NCBI GenBank assembly: GCA_963422645.2 | Contig: CAXXVO010000004.1 | Location: 128,001-192,000, forward strand | Length of the DNA stretch: 64,000 nucleotides | Origin: Alphaproteobacteria bacterium | GTDB taxonomy: Bacteria > Pseudomonadota > Alphaproteobacteria > UBA828 | Direction of reading: 5' to 3' | In this document: piece after piece, positions 50,928-62,100 of the stretch | How the letters are laid out: every line of letters begins with the position of its first letter | How positions within the stretch are numbered: position 1 is the stretch's first letter | Position numbers and translations under genes: made by a program | Notes under the pieces: generated by a model | The model's database searches: none | What the model was told of the DNA's origin: nothing | Seen by the model: only the letters and a program-made list of their open reading frames with translations

Positions 50928-51998
50928 ATGAAGAAGCTCATAGGAATGGTCGCGCTCGCGCTGGCGATGACGTTCGCCGCGGGTGCCGCGTCCGCTGCCG
51001 ACAAGCTGAAGGTCGGCTTCATCTATATCGGACCCATCGGCGATCACGGCTGGACCTACGCCCATGACCAGGGCCGCCTCGCGGTCGAGGGGGCACTGGG
51101 TGACCAGGTCGAGACCGTGTACGTCGAGAACATCCCGGAGGGGCCGGATGCCGAACGCGCCATCGAGCGACTGGCGCGCCAGGATGTCGGGCTGATCTTC
51201 ACCACGTCCTTCGGCTACATGGACCCGACGATCAAGGTCGCCACGCGTTTTCCCGACGTGAAGTTCGAGCACGCGACCGGTTACAAGCAGTCCGAGAATG
51301 TCGCGACCTACAACGCGCGCTTCCATGAAGGCCGGTACGTCATCGGCCAGATAGCCGCGAAGACGTCGAAGTCGGGGATTGCAGGCTACATCGCGTCCTT
51401 CCCCATTCCCGAGGTCGTGATGGGCATCAACGCCTTCATGCTCGGCGCGCAGTCCATAAACCCGGACTTCAAGGTCAAGGTCGTCTGGGTCAACACGTGG
51501 TTCGATCCGGGCAAGGAAGCCGACGCCGCGAAGGTGCTGATCGGCCAGGGCGCCGACATCATCACGCAGCACACCGATTCGACGGCGCCCCTGCAGGTCG
51601 CCGAGGAAGAAGGCGTGCATGGCTTCGGTCAGGCCTCCGACATGATCCACTTCGCCCCCAAGGCGCAGCTGACGGCGATCATCGACGAGTGGGGCCCCTA
51701 CTACATCGAGCGCGCCCAGGCTGTGCTCGACGGGACCTGGGAGTCGGGAGACTCGTGGTCCGGGATGTCGGCGGGCACGGTCGTGATGGCGCCCTACACC
51801 AACATGCCGGATGACGTGGCCGCGATGGCGATGGAAACGGAAGCCATGATCACTTCCGGGGAGCTCAATCCCTTCGCCGGTCCGATCTACAAGCAGGACG
51901 GCATGCTGGCCGTGGCCGAAGGCGAGATCATGGACGACGGGACGCTCGCGGGCATCAACTGGTATGTCCAGGGCGTCGACGACACCTTGCCTGAATAA
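50928..51998 (+). CDS. BMP family ABC substrate-binding protein
   Basis: Signal peptide, GPIGDHGWTYAH, TSFGYM, WFDPGKE, QHTDS. Confidence 0.93.
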   Translation: MKKLIGMVALALAMTFAAGAASAADKLKVGFIYIGPIGDHGWTYAHDQGRLAVEGALGDQVETVYVENIPEGPDAERAIERLARQDVGLIFTTSFGYMDPTIKVATRFPDVKFEHATGYKQSENVATYNARFHEGRYVIGQIAAKTSKSGIAGYIASFPIPEVVMGINAFMLGAQSINPDFKVKVVWVNTWFDPGKEADAAKVLIGQGADIITQHTDSTAPLQVAEEEGVHGFGQASDMIHFAPKAQLTAIIDEWGPYYIERAQAVLDGTWESGDSWSGMSAGTVVMAPYTNMPDDVAAMAMETEAMITSGELNPFAGPIYKQDGMLAVAEGEIMDDGTLAGINWYVQGVDDTLPE

Positions 51999-52084
51999 GC
52001 CATTGCCAATACCGGCCGGCGCACCGGGCCTGCAACGCAGCAGGAACGGTGCGCCGGCTGACTTGAAGGCGAGGAGACACGCGC

Positions 52085-53263
52085 TTGGCCGCCTTCGCGC
52101 TCGACTGGCTCAATCTCCTGATTCGCTGGGCGCACATGATCGCCGGCATCGGCTGGATCGGCACCTCCTTCTATTTCATCGCTCTCGACGTCGCGCTGAA
52201 GAAGCGCGAGAAGATGAAGGAAGGCGTGCTGGGCACCGCATGGCAGGTGCACGGCGGCGGCTTCTACCATGTCGAGAAGTTCACCGTTGCGCCGAAGGAG
52301 CTGCCCGGCGACCTGATCTGGTTCAAGTGGGAAGCCTATCTGACCTGGTTTACCGGCTTCCTGCTTCTGGTCGTGCAGTTCTACCTCAGTGCCGGCACCT
52401 GGATGATCGACCCCGAGGTCCTGGACCTCGAGCCTTTGCACGCGGTCGGCATCTCGGTGGGGAGCCTCGCCGTCGGCTGGTTCGTCTATGACGGCCTCTG
52501 CCGCTCGACCGTCGGCAGCCGACCGACCCTGCTCGCCATCGCGGCATTTCTGTGGGTTCTCTTAGCGGCTTACCTCTACACCAACGTCTTCTCCGGCCGC
52601 GCCGCGTTGATCCATGTCGGTGCCTTCATCGGCACCCTCATGGCGGCCAACGTGTTCGCGGTGATCATTCCCAACCAGAAGAAAATCACGAAGGCCCTGA
52701 TAGAGGAGCGGGAGCCGGACCCCAAGTTTGGCGCCATCGGCAAGCAGCGCTCGGTCCACAACACTTATCTGACGCTGCCGGTGCTCGTGACCATGGTGGG
52801 CGGGCACTACCCGATGCTGTCCGCGCATTCCCAGGCCTGGCTGATCGTCGCCTTCGTCATCGTCGGCGGCGCCTGCCTGCGCCACGCCTTCATCCGCCAC
52901 GAGGCGGGCGTCCCCTTCGCCGGTTTCGCCTGGACCCTGCCCGTCATGCTGCTCGCGCTTGCCGCGGCCGTGTGGATGACCTCGCCCCAGCAGCGGGAGA
53001 CGCTGGATCTCGAGGTTTCGGACGTGGAGGTCATGGCCATCGTGGACAAGCACTGCGTGTCCTGCCACGCCGCGAGCCCGAGCCATGAGAGCTTCGACAC
53101 CCCGCCCAAGGACATCGTGCTCGAGACCATCGACGACCTGCACCGCCACGCGGAGCTGGTGGACAAATTCACGGTCCAGACCCGCACCATGCCGCTGGGC
53201 AACGAGACCGAGATGACCGACGAAGAGCGCGCGCAGCTCGGCGCCTGGATCGACGACAGGTAG
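52085..53263 (+). CDS. puuD: Urate hydroxylase PuuD (membrane domain plus cytochrome c)
   Basis: RWAHMIAGIGWIG, VHGGGFY, FKWEAY, RSVHNTY, CVSCH, MPLGN. Confidence 0.92.
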   Translation: MAAFALDWLNLLIRWAHMIAGIGWIGTSFYFIALDVALKKREKMKEGVLGTAWQVHGGGFYHVEKFTVAPKELPGDLIWFKWEAYLTWFTGFLLLVVQFYLSAGTWMIDPEVLDLEPLHAVGISVGSLAVGWFVYDGLCRSTVGSRPTLLAIAAFLWVLLAAYLYTNVFSGRAALIHVGAFIGTLMAANVFAVIIPNQKKITKALIEEREPDPKFGAIGKQRSVHNTYLTLPVLVTMVGGHYPMLSAHSQAWLIVAFVIVGGACLRHAFIRHEAGVPFAGFAWTLPVMLLALAAAVWMTSPQQRETLDLEVSDVEVMAIVDKHCVSCHAASPSHESFDTPPKDIVLETIDDLHRHAELVDKFTVQTRTMPLGNETEMTDEERAQLGAWIDDR

Positions 53264-53288
53264 GACGATGGGCGGCAGGGCGGAGGAC

Positions 53289-53801
53289 ATGCTCCTCACC
53301 ATCGACGATCTCAACCGGATGGCCGTCTCCGAGTTCGCCGCGAGGTTCGGCGACGTGGCGGAGCATTCGCCCTGGGTCGCCGAGCGTGCCGCCGGCGCCC
53401 GCCCCTTTGCCGACCGTGGCGCGGTCGCCCAAGCCTTTGCCACTGCCCTGCGCGGCGCGGCGCGGGACGAGCAAGTGGCCGTGCTGCGCGCGCATCCGGA
53501 TCTCGCCGGCCGGGCGGCGGTCAGCGGCGAATTGGCCGAGGAATCCCGAAAGGAGCAGGCGGGCGCGGGCCTCGACCGGCTCACGCTTGCGGAATTCGAA
53601 CACTTCACAGCGCTCAATACGGCCTACAAGGAGCGCTTCGGGATCCCCTTCATCTTCGCGGTCAAGGGCGCGACCAAGGAGCTGATTCTCGCCGCCTTCG
53701 AAGAGCGTCTCGCCAACTGGCTGGAGGACGAGCTGAAGAACGCTATCGACAATGTCTGCCGCATCATGCGCTTCCGCATCGATGATCGGGTCGCGGGATG
53801 A
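53289..53801 (+). CDS. uraD: OHCU decarboxylase
   Basis: EHSPWVAE, AHPDLAG, S..EQAGAGL, Y.ERFG.PFI.AV. Confidence 0.93.
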   Translation: MLLTIDDLNRMAVSEFAARFGDVAEHSPWVAERAAGARPFADRGAVAQAFATALRGAARDEQVAVLRAHPDLAGRAAVSGELAEESRKEQAGAGLDRLTLAEFEHFTALNTAYKERFGIPFIFAVKGATKELILAAFEERLANWLEDELKNAIDNVCRIMRFRIDDRVAG

Positions 53802-55162
53802 CAACGGGCGCCGATGCCGCAGCACGGGTTCTGCGCGGCCGCACGGTGAGCTTCAGGAACGATCCCCGCGTGGTCGGCCCCGACCGGGCGATGCAGAGCC
53901 AGGACGACGGCGCGGTGGTCGTGGGCCAACGAGGCCGCATCCTGTGGCACGGCGCCTTCGCCGACCTGCCGCCGGAGCACGCCTTGGCTCCCAGCGAGCG
54001 CTACGACCGCGAGGTCATCCTGCCGGGATTTATCGACGCGCACGTTCACTTCCCGCAGCACCGCATGCTGGCGGCGCCCGCGCACGACCTGCTCGAATGG
54101 CTCGAGCGCTTCGCCTTCCCAGAGGAGGCGCGATACGCCGACGCGGACCATGCCGCAGCAGCGGCGGAGAGCTTTCTCAACAAGCTCGTGAGCCACGGCA
54201 CAACCAGCGCCCTGGTCTTCTCCTCGGTGCATGGCCAGGCGGCCGACTGTCTCTTTCGGGCGGCGCAGCGGCGCGGCCTTTGTCTGGCAACGGGCGCGAC
54301 CATGATGGACTGCAACGCGCCGCCGGCCGTGACTCGGGACGCCGAAACGAGCGCCCGGGAGAGCGCCGGGCTCATCGCGTCGTGGCACGAGGTGGATCGC
54401 CTGCGCTACGCGCTCACGGTGCGTTTCGCCGTCACGTCGAGCGAAGAGCAGCTTCGCGTGGCCGGCGAGCTCCTGGCCGACAATCCCGGTTGCCTGCTCC
54501 ACACGCATCTCTCGGAGAGCGTTGCGGAGATCGAGCTGGTGCAGCGGCTGTTTCCCTGGTCGAAGGACTACACCGACGTTTACGAGCGCTTCGGCCTCGT
54601 GGGCGAAAGCGCCGTCTTCGCCCACGGCATCCATCTCTCGGAACGCGAATGCCAGGCCCTGCACGACGCAGACTCGATGGTCGTCCTCTGCCCGACCTCG
54701 AACGCGTTTCTGGGATCGGGCCTGTTCGACATCGATAATCTGAGCGCGGCCCCGCGTCCGGTCAGGGTGGGCGTCGCCAGCGACATCGGCGGCGGCACCA
54801 GCTACTCCCTGCTCCAGACGCTTGCAGAGGCGTACAAGATTTCCCGGCTGAAGGGCTGCAGCTTCAACGCCTTCGACGGGTTCTACCTCGCCACCCTGGG
54901 CAACGCGCGCGGCCTCCGCCTCGATGCCGAGATCGGCACGCTCGATGCCGGCCGCTGGGCCGATGTCGTGGTCCTCGATCCGTGCGCGACGCCGGTGCTG
55001 GCGGCTCGCCAAGAGCTCTCGGAGAGCCTGGAGGACATGCTCTTCGCGCTGATGATGCTGGGCGACGACCGCGCCGTGCGGGCGGTCTACATCAAGGGCG
55101 AGAAGGTCGCCGGCCGGGATCGGGGCGACGGCGAAGGCCTTCCCCATGGTGAGTTTCGATGA
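53798..55162 (+). CDS. guaD: Guanine deaminase
   Basis: PGFIDAHVHFPQ, LLEWL, HTHLSE, CPTSN.FLGSG, SDIGGGT, GDDRAV. Confidence 0.93.
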   Translation: MTTGADAAARVLRGRTVSFRNDPRVVGPDRAMQSQDDGAVVVGQRGRILWHGAFADLPPEHALAPSERYDREVILPGFIDAHVHFPQHRMLAAPAHDLLEWLERFAFPEEARYADADHAAAAAESFLNKLVSHGTTSALVFSSVHGQAADCLFRAAQRRGLCLATGATMMDCNAPPAVTRDAETSARESAGLIASWHEVDRLRYALTVRFAVTSSEEQLRVAGELLADNPGCLLHTHLSESVAEIELVQRLFPWSKDYTDVYERFGLVGESAVFAHGIHLSERECQALHDADSMVVLCPTSNAFLGSGLFDIDNLSAAPRPVRVGVASDIGGGTSYSLLQTLAEAYKISRLKGCSFNAFDGFYLATLGNARGLRLDAEIGTLDAGRWADVVVLDPCATPVLAARQELSESLEDMLFALMMLGDDRAVRAVYIKGEKVAGRDRGDGEGLPHGEFR

Positions 55163-55926
55163 AGGCGCATGACGTCATGCGACCGGGACGGGTGGCCGTT
55201 GCTGCGCTCGGCGTCGCCGCGGTGCTGCTCTTTGCCGGACCTGGCGCCACCACGGCCGCCGACGACCCGTTCGCCGAGGCCCGCGCCGCCATGGTGCAGG
55301 CCGTTGCCGAGACGACTGAAGAGACCGCCGAGTGGATCGGCAAGACGGAGCTGGAGCCCCGGGTGATGGAAGCGATGGGGCGGGTGCCGCGCCATCTCTT
55401 CGTGCCGCCAGATCTGGAGGACCTCGGCTACCTCAACAGGCCGCTCCCCATCGGCTACGGCCAGACCATCTCGCAGCCCTACATCGTCGCGTTGATGACC
55501 GATCTGCTGGAGCCCGAGCCTGACCACGTGGCATTCGAGCTCGGCACCGGGTCGAGCTATCAGGCGGCGGTGCTGGCCGAGCTCGTGGCCGAGGTCTACA
55601 CGGTGGAGATCGTGCCGCCGCTCGCGGCGAGCGCCACGGACCGGCTCGATGCACTCGGCTACGACAACGTGACCGTACGTGCCGGCGACGGTTACCACGG
55701 TTGGCCCGAGCATGCGCCCTTCGACATCATTGTCGTCACGGCAGCCGCGAGCCACGTGCCGCCGCCCCTCATCGCCCAGCTCAAGCCGGGCGGGCGCATG
55801 GTGATACCGGTGGGCAGCCCCTTCCTCACTCAGCATCTGCTGCTGGTCGAGAAGGGGATGGATGGCGCCGTGACCAGCCGCCAGATTTTGCCGGTCATAT
55901 TCGTTCCGCTGACCGGCGGGCACTGA
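55159..55926 (+). CDS. pcm: Protein-L-isoaspartate O-methyltransferase with N-terminal signal-like peptide
   Basis: PIGYGQTISQPYIVA, ELGTGS.YQAA, GDGYHGW, QLKPGGRMV. Confidence 0.9.
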   Translation: MKAHDVMRPGRVAVAALGVAAVLLFAGPGATTAADDPFAEARAAMVQAVAETTEETAEWIGKTELEPRVMEAMGRVPRHLFVPPDLEDLGYLNRPLPIGYGQTISQPYIVALMTDLLEPEPDHVAFELGTGSSYQAAVLAELVAEVYTVEIVPPLAASATDRLDALGYDNVTVRAGDGYHGWPEHAPFDIIVVTAAASHVPPPLIAQLKPGGRMVIPVGSPFLTQHLLLVEKGMDGAVTSRQILPVIFVPLTGGH

Positions 55927-55932
55927 CGCAGC

Positions 55933-58404
55933 GTGACGGGCGAAGGGGCGGGCGAGAGAACGCAGGGCCCGTCCCGTCTCGGCGTCTTTATTGCCGTGGC
56001 GCTGCTGTCCGGCGGCGTGCTGGGCTACGAAATCCTGCTCGCGCGCCTGCTGGCGATCGTCCACTGGCACCACTTCGCCTACATGATCATCGCGGTGGCG
56101 CTGCTGGGTTTCGGCGCGGCGGGCAGCCTGGTGGCGGTGCTCCAGCGTCTGCTCCTCGCGCGCTTTCGCTGGGCCTTCGGAGCCGCCGCGCTGGGCTTCG
56201 GGGTGGGAGCGCCGCTGGCCTTCGCGCTCGCGCAGTCGCTCCCCTTCAACGCGCTTGAGATCGCGTGGGACCGCGCCCAGCTCGGCTGGCTCTTCGCTCT
56301 CTACCTCGTGCTGTCGCTGCCGTTTTTCAGTGCGGCGCTGGCCCTGGCACTGGCCTTTCGGGCGCACGCCGCGCGCGCCGGCGCGCTCTACCGCATGGAC
56401 CTGGTGGGCGCGGGCCTCGGCGCCCTCGGCATGGTCTTTCTGCTGGATGCGCTGCCGCTCGCCGATGCACTGAGGGCGGTGGGACTCTGCGGTGCCATCG
56501 CGGGTGGGGTAGTCCTGCTGTGGGGGAAGGGGCGACGACTCGCGCGGGGCGGCGCGCTGCTTGCGGTGTGTGCGGGGCTCACTCTGCCGGCGGCGCTCCC
56601 CGATCACTGGCTGCGCCCGCATCCCTCGCCCTACAAGGGGCTGAGCCTTGCGCTGACCGCGCCCGATGCCCGCATCGTGGCGGAGCGTCACGGCCCGCTC
56701 GGCTGGCTCGCTGCGGTGGAGAGCCCGATGGTGCCGTTCCGCTACGCCCCCGGCCTCAGCCTCATGGCGCCCGCCGGCCCGCCGGAACAGGTCGGCCTCT
56801 TCACCGACGGCGGCGCGCCCAGCGCGATCACCCGCGCCGACGCCGACCTGCGTTATCTGGAAGCCGAGACCGCCGCGCTCCCCTACCACTTGGTGGACCG
56901 CCCGCGCGCGCTGGTGCTGGGCGCCGGCGGCGGGGCCGAGGTGCTGCGGGCGCTGCGCCACGGCGCCAGCGCGGTCGACGCGGTGGAGCTCAATCCGGAC
57001 GTGCTCGATATCGTGCGCGACGTACTCACGGGCGCGCCGGGCGGCCAATGGGGGGGCGAGAGCGTCCGGACGCATGCGGCCGACGCCCGCAGCTTTGCCG
57101 CGCGTTCATCCGAACAGTGGGACCTGATCCAGATCGCGTTGGTGGATTCCTTCAGCGCTGCGGCGGCGGGCGTACACGCGCTCGACGAATCGTTGCTCTA
57201 CACGGTGGAAGCGTTAGAGACCTTCCTGGATCGCCTTGCGCCGGGGGGTGTGCTCGCCGTCACCCGCTGGCTCAAGCTGCCGCCGCGGGATTCGCTCAGG
57301 TTGCTCTGGACGGCGCGGCAGGCACTGGAGGGGCGGGGTGTCGCCGATCCGGCATCGCGACTGATCATGATTCGCGGCTGGAAGACCACGACGCTGGTGA
57401 TCGGGGGCGGGCCATTCGGTGAACGTGCGATCGAGGGCCTGCGCGCGTTTGCCGAGGCGTACGCGTTCGACCTGGTCTGGTATCCGGGAATCGTCGAGGG
57501 CGACGTCAACCGTCACAACCGCCTGGCTGCGCCCGAGTTCTATCGCGGTGCCGCTGCTATTCTGGGCCCCGACCCGGAGGGCTTCGCGGCCCGCTACAAG
57601 TTTATGCTCAGGCCCGCGACTGACGACCGGCCGTTCTTCTTTCACACGCTCAAGTGGTCGACGCTACCCGAGCTGCTCGCGTTGCGCGCGCAGGGTGGGC
57701 TGCCGCTGATCGAATGGGGCTTCGTGATCCTGGTCGCAACGCTGGTGCAGGCGTCGATTGCCGCGATCCTGCTGATCCTCTTGCCCTTACTCGCGCTCCG
57801 TACCCCCCGCGAGTCAGGTGCGCAGACGCCCGCCCGCTGGCGCGTCGTGCTCTTTTTTGCGAGCCTGGGATTGGCGTTCCTCTTCGTCGAGATCGCCTTC
57901 ATGCAGCGTTTTGCGGTGTTTCTCGGGCATCCGCTCTACGCCATCGCGGTGGTGCTGGCCGGTCTGCTGGTCTTCGCCGGCTTGGGCGCTGGCGCGACCG
58001 ACCGCCTCGCGCGCCTTGCCGGTCGTCGGCCGCCCATCGTGATCGCGGCGGCCGGAATCATCATCGTCGGCGGCGCCTATCTCGGCCTCCTGCCCTGGGT
58101 GTTCGAGGCGGCGCAGGGATGGCCGACTGCTGCGCGCCTCGCCGTGGCGCTCGCGCTGCTCGGGCCCATCGGCTTCCTTCTGGGTATGCCCTTCCCGCTC
58201 GGTCTCAAGGCGCTCGGCGCCCGGGCGCCTGCGCTCGTGCCCTGGGCCTGGGGGATCAACGCCTGCGCCTCGGTGGTGAGCGCGTCGCTCGCGACCTTCA
58301 TCGCGCTCCATATCGGCTTCACGCCCGTGCTCGGCTGTGCTTTGGTGCTCTATGTCCTCGCCGCGGCCTTCCCGCCGCAGATGGCAGGCGACGCCCATCG
58401 TTAG
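55933..58404 (+). CDS. Polytopic membrane protein with spermidine synthase-like SAM-binding domain
   Basis: N- and C-terminal TM blocks; LVLGAGGG..VELNP, ADARSF, PATDDRPFF, GMPFP, WAWGIN. Confidence 0.8.
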   Translation: MTGEGAGERTQGPSRLGVFIAVALLSGGVLGYEILLARLLAIVHWHHFAYMIIAVALLGFGAAGSLVAVLQRLLLARFRWAFGAAALGFGVGAPLAFALAQSLPFNALEIAWDRAQLGWLFALYLVLSLPFFSAALALALAFRAHAARAGALYRMDLVGAGLGALGMVFLLDALPLADALRAVGLCGAIAGGVVLLWGKGRRLARGGALLAVCAGLTLPAALPDHWLRPHPSPYKGLSLALTAPDARIVAERHGPLGWLAAVESPMVPFRYAPGLSLMAPAGPPEQVGLFTDGGAPSAITRADADLRYLEAETAALPYHLVDRPRALVLGAGGGAEVLRALRHGASAVDAVELNPDVLDIVRDVLTGAPGGQWGGESVRTHAADARSFAARSSEQWDLIQIALVDSFSAAAAGVHALDESLLYTVEALETFLDRLAPGGVLAVTRWLKLPPRDSLRLLWTARQALEGRGVADPASRLIMIRGWKTTTLVIGGGPFGERAIEGLRAFAEAYAFDLVWYPGIVEGDVNRHNRLAAPEFYRGAAAILGPDPEGFAARYKFMLRPATDDRPFFFHTLKWSTLPELLALRAQGGLPLIEWGFVILVATLVQASIAAILLILLPLLALRTPRESGAQTPARWRVVLFFASLGLAFLFVEIAFMQRFAVFLGHPLYAIAVVLAGLLVFAGLGAGATDRLARLAGRRPPIVIAAAGIIIVGGAYLGLLPWVFEAAQGWPTAARLAVALALLGPIGFLLGMPFPLGLKALGARAPALVPWAWGINACASVVSASLATFIALHIGFTPVLGCALVLYVLAAAFPPQMAGDAHR

Positions 58405-58428
58405 CATCAGCCCCTGGAGAGACCGGCG

Positions 58429-59125
58429 ATGAAGTTCCTCGTGCTCCAGCACATCGACATCGAGCATCCGGGCATATTTCGCGACTTCATGCGCGAAGAC
58501 GGAGTCGCCTGGGATGCGGTCGAGCTCGACGAGGGCGAGGCGATCCCGTCTCTAGAGGGCTACGACGCGCTGATTTCCATGGGCGGGCCGATGGATGTCT
58601 TCGAGGAGGAGGCGCATCCCTGGCTTGCAGACGAGAAGGTGGCCATTCGCGAGGCCGTGGCGGAACGCGAGATGCCCTTCCTCGGCGTCTGCCTGGGCCA
58701 TCAGCTCCTCGCCGATGCGCTCGGCGGCCGGGTGGGAACCATGGCCGAGCCCGAGGTCGGCATCATGACGGTCGACCTCACGGAAGCGGGGCGAGCGGAC
58801 CCGCTGCTCGCCGGGCTCGATTCGACCGTGACCTGCTTGCAATGGCACGGCTGCGCGGTGACCGCCATGCCCGAGGGCGGCGTCAGCCTTGCGTCATCGC
58901 CGCTCTGCGCGGTCCAGGCCTTCCGGGGGTCGGGCGCCACGCCTACGGGCTGCAGTATCACGTGGAACTGACGCCGACGACGGTCTCCGACTGGGGCGCC
59001 GTACCCGCCTACCAGGATTCGCTGGAACGGGCGCTGGGCTCCGACGGTCTCGCGCCCTTCGAGGCAGAGGCCGCGCGAAACATGCCGTCCTTCAACCGCG
59101 ACGCCCGCATCCTTTACGATAATTT
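58429..59125 (+). pseudogene. Type 1 glutamine amidotransferase, frameshift near 58925 and IS66 insertion (last codons at 62676-62708)
   Basis: MGGPM, LGVCLGHQL, QWHG, then GLQYHVE in another frame; YDNF|MELVRSP split by TSD GATAATTT. Confidence 0.85.
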
Positions 59126-62100
59126 GTAACTGCCCAGGTTCTTGCTGTGAAAATTCGTAACTGCCCAGGTTCTTGCTGTGAAAATTCTCTGGGATTCGGC
59201 ACAACGCTACCCACGCGACGCCCGTGTGCTCCTCTGGGGTCGCCGGGTTTCACAGCTCACGATGCCCCTCTTGCGGACTGCGACCGGTAAGCTACCCCGA
59301 TGTGGCCCGAAGTCCGCCCGCGCGACGGGCACCGATTTTCATTCTATGGGGTGGTCCAGCACGGCGTCGACCATGATCGTTTATGAGAATGGCTCCGCTG
59401 TTGGAGAACCCGTGCCAGGTGAGCTTACGCGCACTTGACGGTGGCGATGAGCCGATCCGATGGGCTGGTCAGGGCTTCGATGATATTCCAGCCCTGCTTT
59501 CTGGCGGTGGTGATGACGCTGCGCAGGATGGCGAAGTTCTCGGCCCCCTGCGCGGACCGGAAGCCCCCGGAGATCTTCTGGCGCAGCTTCATCATCCGAA
59601 GGTCGCGCTCGGCCTCGTTGTTCGTGAACCCGACCTCGAGGTCGATCAGGAACCGGAGCACCGCGCATTTGTGGTCGCGCAGCCTCAAGGCCAGATTGTG
59701 ACCGATCCTTCGCTTCCGGCGCTTCTTCCTCTTGCCAGGCGAGAACGGTGGTTGGCTCTCGTGAAAGGCCAGCGCATCGGCGATGATCTCGTCGTATCGG
59801 CGCTCGATCAGCGCCACAAGCCTCGCCGGAACGGCGATATCCTTGTCCAGCGCGATGCGGGCGGCGCGATTGGCTCGGCGCAGGAGCTGCTGCATCCGCC
59901 GGGCCCAAGCCTCCCCTTCGATGTCCACCAGCGCCTGCAACTCCCGCAGGTGATGGGCGTTGCACAGGCCGTGCTCCACCCCTTCCATCGCGAAGTACGG
60001 CTTCCAGTGATCGTGCACGACGATGCCGGAGACACCCGAGAGCAGGGCGCCGCGCTTGCCGCTGACCCGGTACGCCGCCAGCAGCGGCGTGTGACCGCCA
60101 CCCCGGCAATGCGCGGGCCGTACTGCACCGGCGCCGACACCCCGTCGGGGAACGCCGCCCGGGTCACCGTCCCGCAATGCCCGCAGCACTTGGCATGCGC
60201 CCGGTGCTCGGTCACCTCCAGGGGGCTCGGCTCGGGCAGATCGAACACCTGGCGGGCGACGGGCGTTCCCGCCCTGGCCGCGTCCGAAAGCGGCGAACCG
60301 CATCCCTTGCAGGAAGCCGGGACGTGATCCTTCACCCGATCCGGGTGATCGGCGCGGCGCAGCATCTTGCCCTTGTGGCCGGGCTGGCCACCGGGCTTGC
60401 GGCCCGATTTGCCGCGCAGGCTTCGGGTTCGCCGCTTCGAATTCGGCTTCCTCAGCCCATCGCTCGAAGGCGGCTTGCCGCTGTTGCCGCTGTTGAGGCC
60501 GAGACGGCGCTCCAACTCCTCGATGCGCTCGACGAGACGCGCGACTTGCTCTTCCAGCCGCGCGTTCTGCTGCCGAAGCCAGGCATTTTCCTCCCGAAGC
60601 CGGGCGTTCTCCTCCTCCAGGCGGGCGATCTTCTGCGCGGGCGTTTCGGGCGCTGCTCCCGTCGAAGGGCCGCGCGGCGACTCGGGATTGCTCATGTCGT
60701 TGTTGAGTCATTTCCCGAAATTCCCGTCAAGCCCTTTCCACCAACTCCGAACGAGAAACGCCTCAATCCACTGGCCCAAAATGACAAATCAGACGACCTG
60801 GGCAGTTACGAAAATTCTCTGGGATTCGGCACAACGCTACCCACGCGACGCCCGTGTGCTCCTCTGTGGTCGCCGGGTTTCACAGCTCACGATGCCCCTC
60901 TTGCGGACTGCGACCGGTAAGCTACCCCGATGTGGCCCGAAGTCCGCCCGCGCGACGGGCACCGATTTTCATTCTATGGGGTGGTCCAGCACGGCGTCGA
61001 CCATGATCGTTTATGAGAATGGCTCCGCTGTTGGAGAACCCGTGCCAGGTGAGCTTACGCGCACTTGACGGTGGCGATGAGCCGATCCGATGGGCTGGTC
61101 AGGGCTTCGATGATATTCCAGCCCTGCTTTCTGGCGGTGGTGATGACGCTGCGCAGGATGGCGAAGTTCTCGGCCCCCTGCGCGGACCGGAAGCCCCCGG
61201 AGATCTTCTGGCGCAGCTTCATCATCCGAAGGTCGCGCTCGGCCTCGTTGTTCGTGAACCCGACCTCGAGGTCGATCAGGAACCGGAGCACCGCGCATTT
61301 GTGGTCGCGCAGCCTCAAGGCCAGATTGTGACCGATCCTTCGCTTCCGGCGCTTCTTCCTCTTGCCAGGCGAGAACGGTGGTTGGCTCTCGTGAAAGGCC
61401 AGCGCATCGGCGATGATCTCGTCGTATCGGCGCTCGATCAGCGCCACAAGCCTCGCCGGAACGGCGATATCCTTGTCCAGCGCGATGCGGGCGGCGCGAT
61501 TGGCTCGGCGCAGGAGCTGCTGCATCCGCCGGGCCCAAGCCTCCCCTTCGATGTCCACCAGCGCCTGCAACTCCCGCAGGTGATGGGCGTTGCACAGGCC
61601 GTGCTCCACCCCTTCCATCGCGAAGTACGGCTTCCAGTGATCGTGCACGACGATGCCGGAGACACCCGAGAGCAGGGCGCCGCGCTTGCCGCTGACCCGG
61701 TACGCCGCCAGCAGCGGCGTGCAGATCACATGAAGCCACTGCGTCTGACCGCCGATCCGCAAGCCGGTCTCGTCCATGTGTTTCACCCGCGCCGTGCCCG
61801 CCGCCAGGTCCTGTATGTGCAAGGCCGCGTCCCGCAAGCCGCTCGGCCGCCCTCTCGCTCATCGTCGCCAACGTCGCAGCCGTCACCGGCGCGCCGAAGA
61901 GCTCGGCCATCACCTGCGACAGCCGATCCTCCGGCAGGAAGTGAGCGTGCTGAAGGTAGACCGCCACCCCGGCAATGCGCGGGCCGTACTGCACCGGCGC
62001 CGACACCCCGTCGGGGAACGCCGCCCGGGTCACCGTCCCGCAATGCCCGCAGCACTTGGCATGCGCCCGGTGCTCGGTCACCTCCAGGGGGCTCGGCTCG

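Noticed and set aside
52085-53263. Cytochrome c-fused urate enzyme as a novelty
   Set aside because: Already described as PuuD in a typical purine catabolism context.
59126-59190. Tandem 31-bp repeat GTAACTGCCCAGGTTCTTGCTGTGAAAATTC resembling a CRISPR repeat
   Set aside because: Explained by B inserting into B's own end; no spacers and no cas genes.
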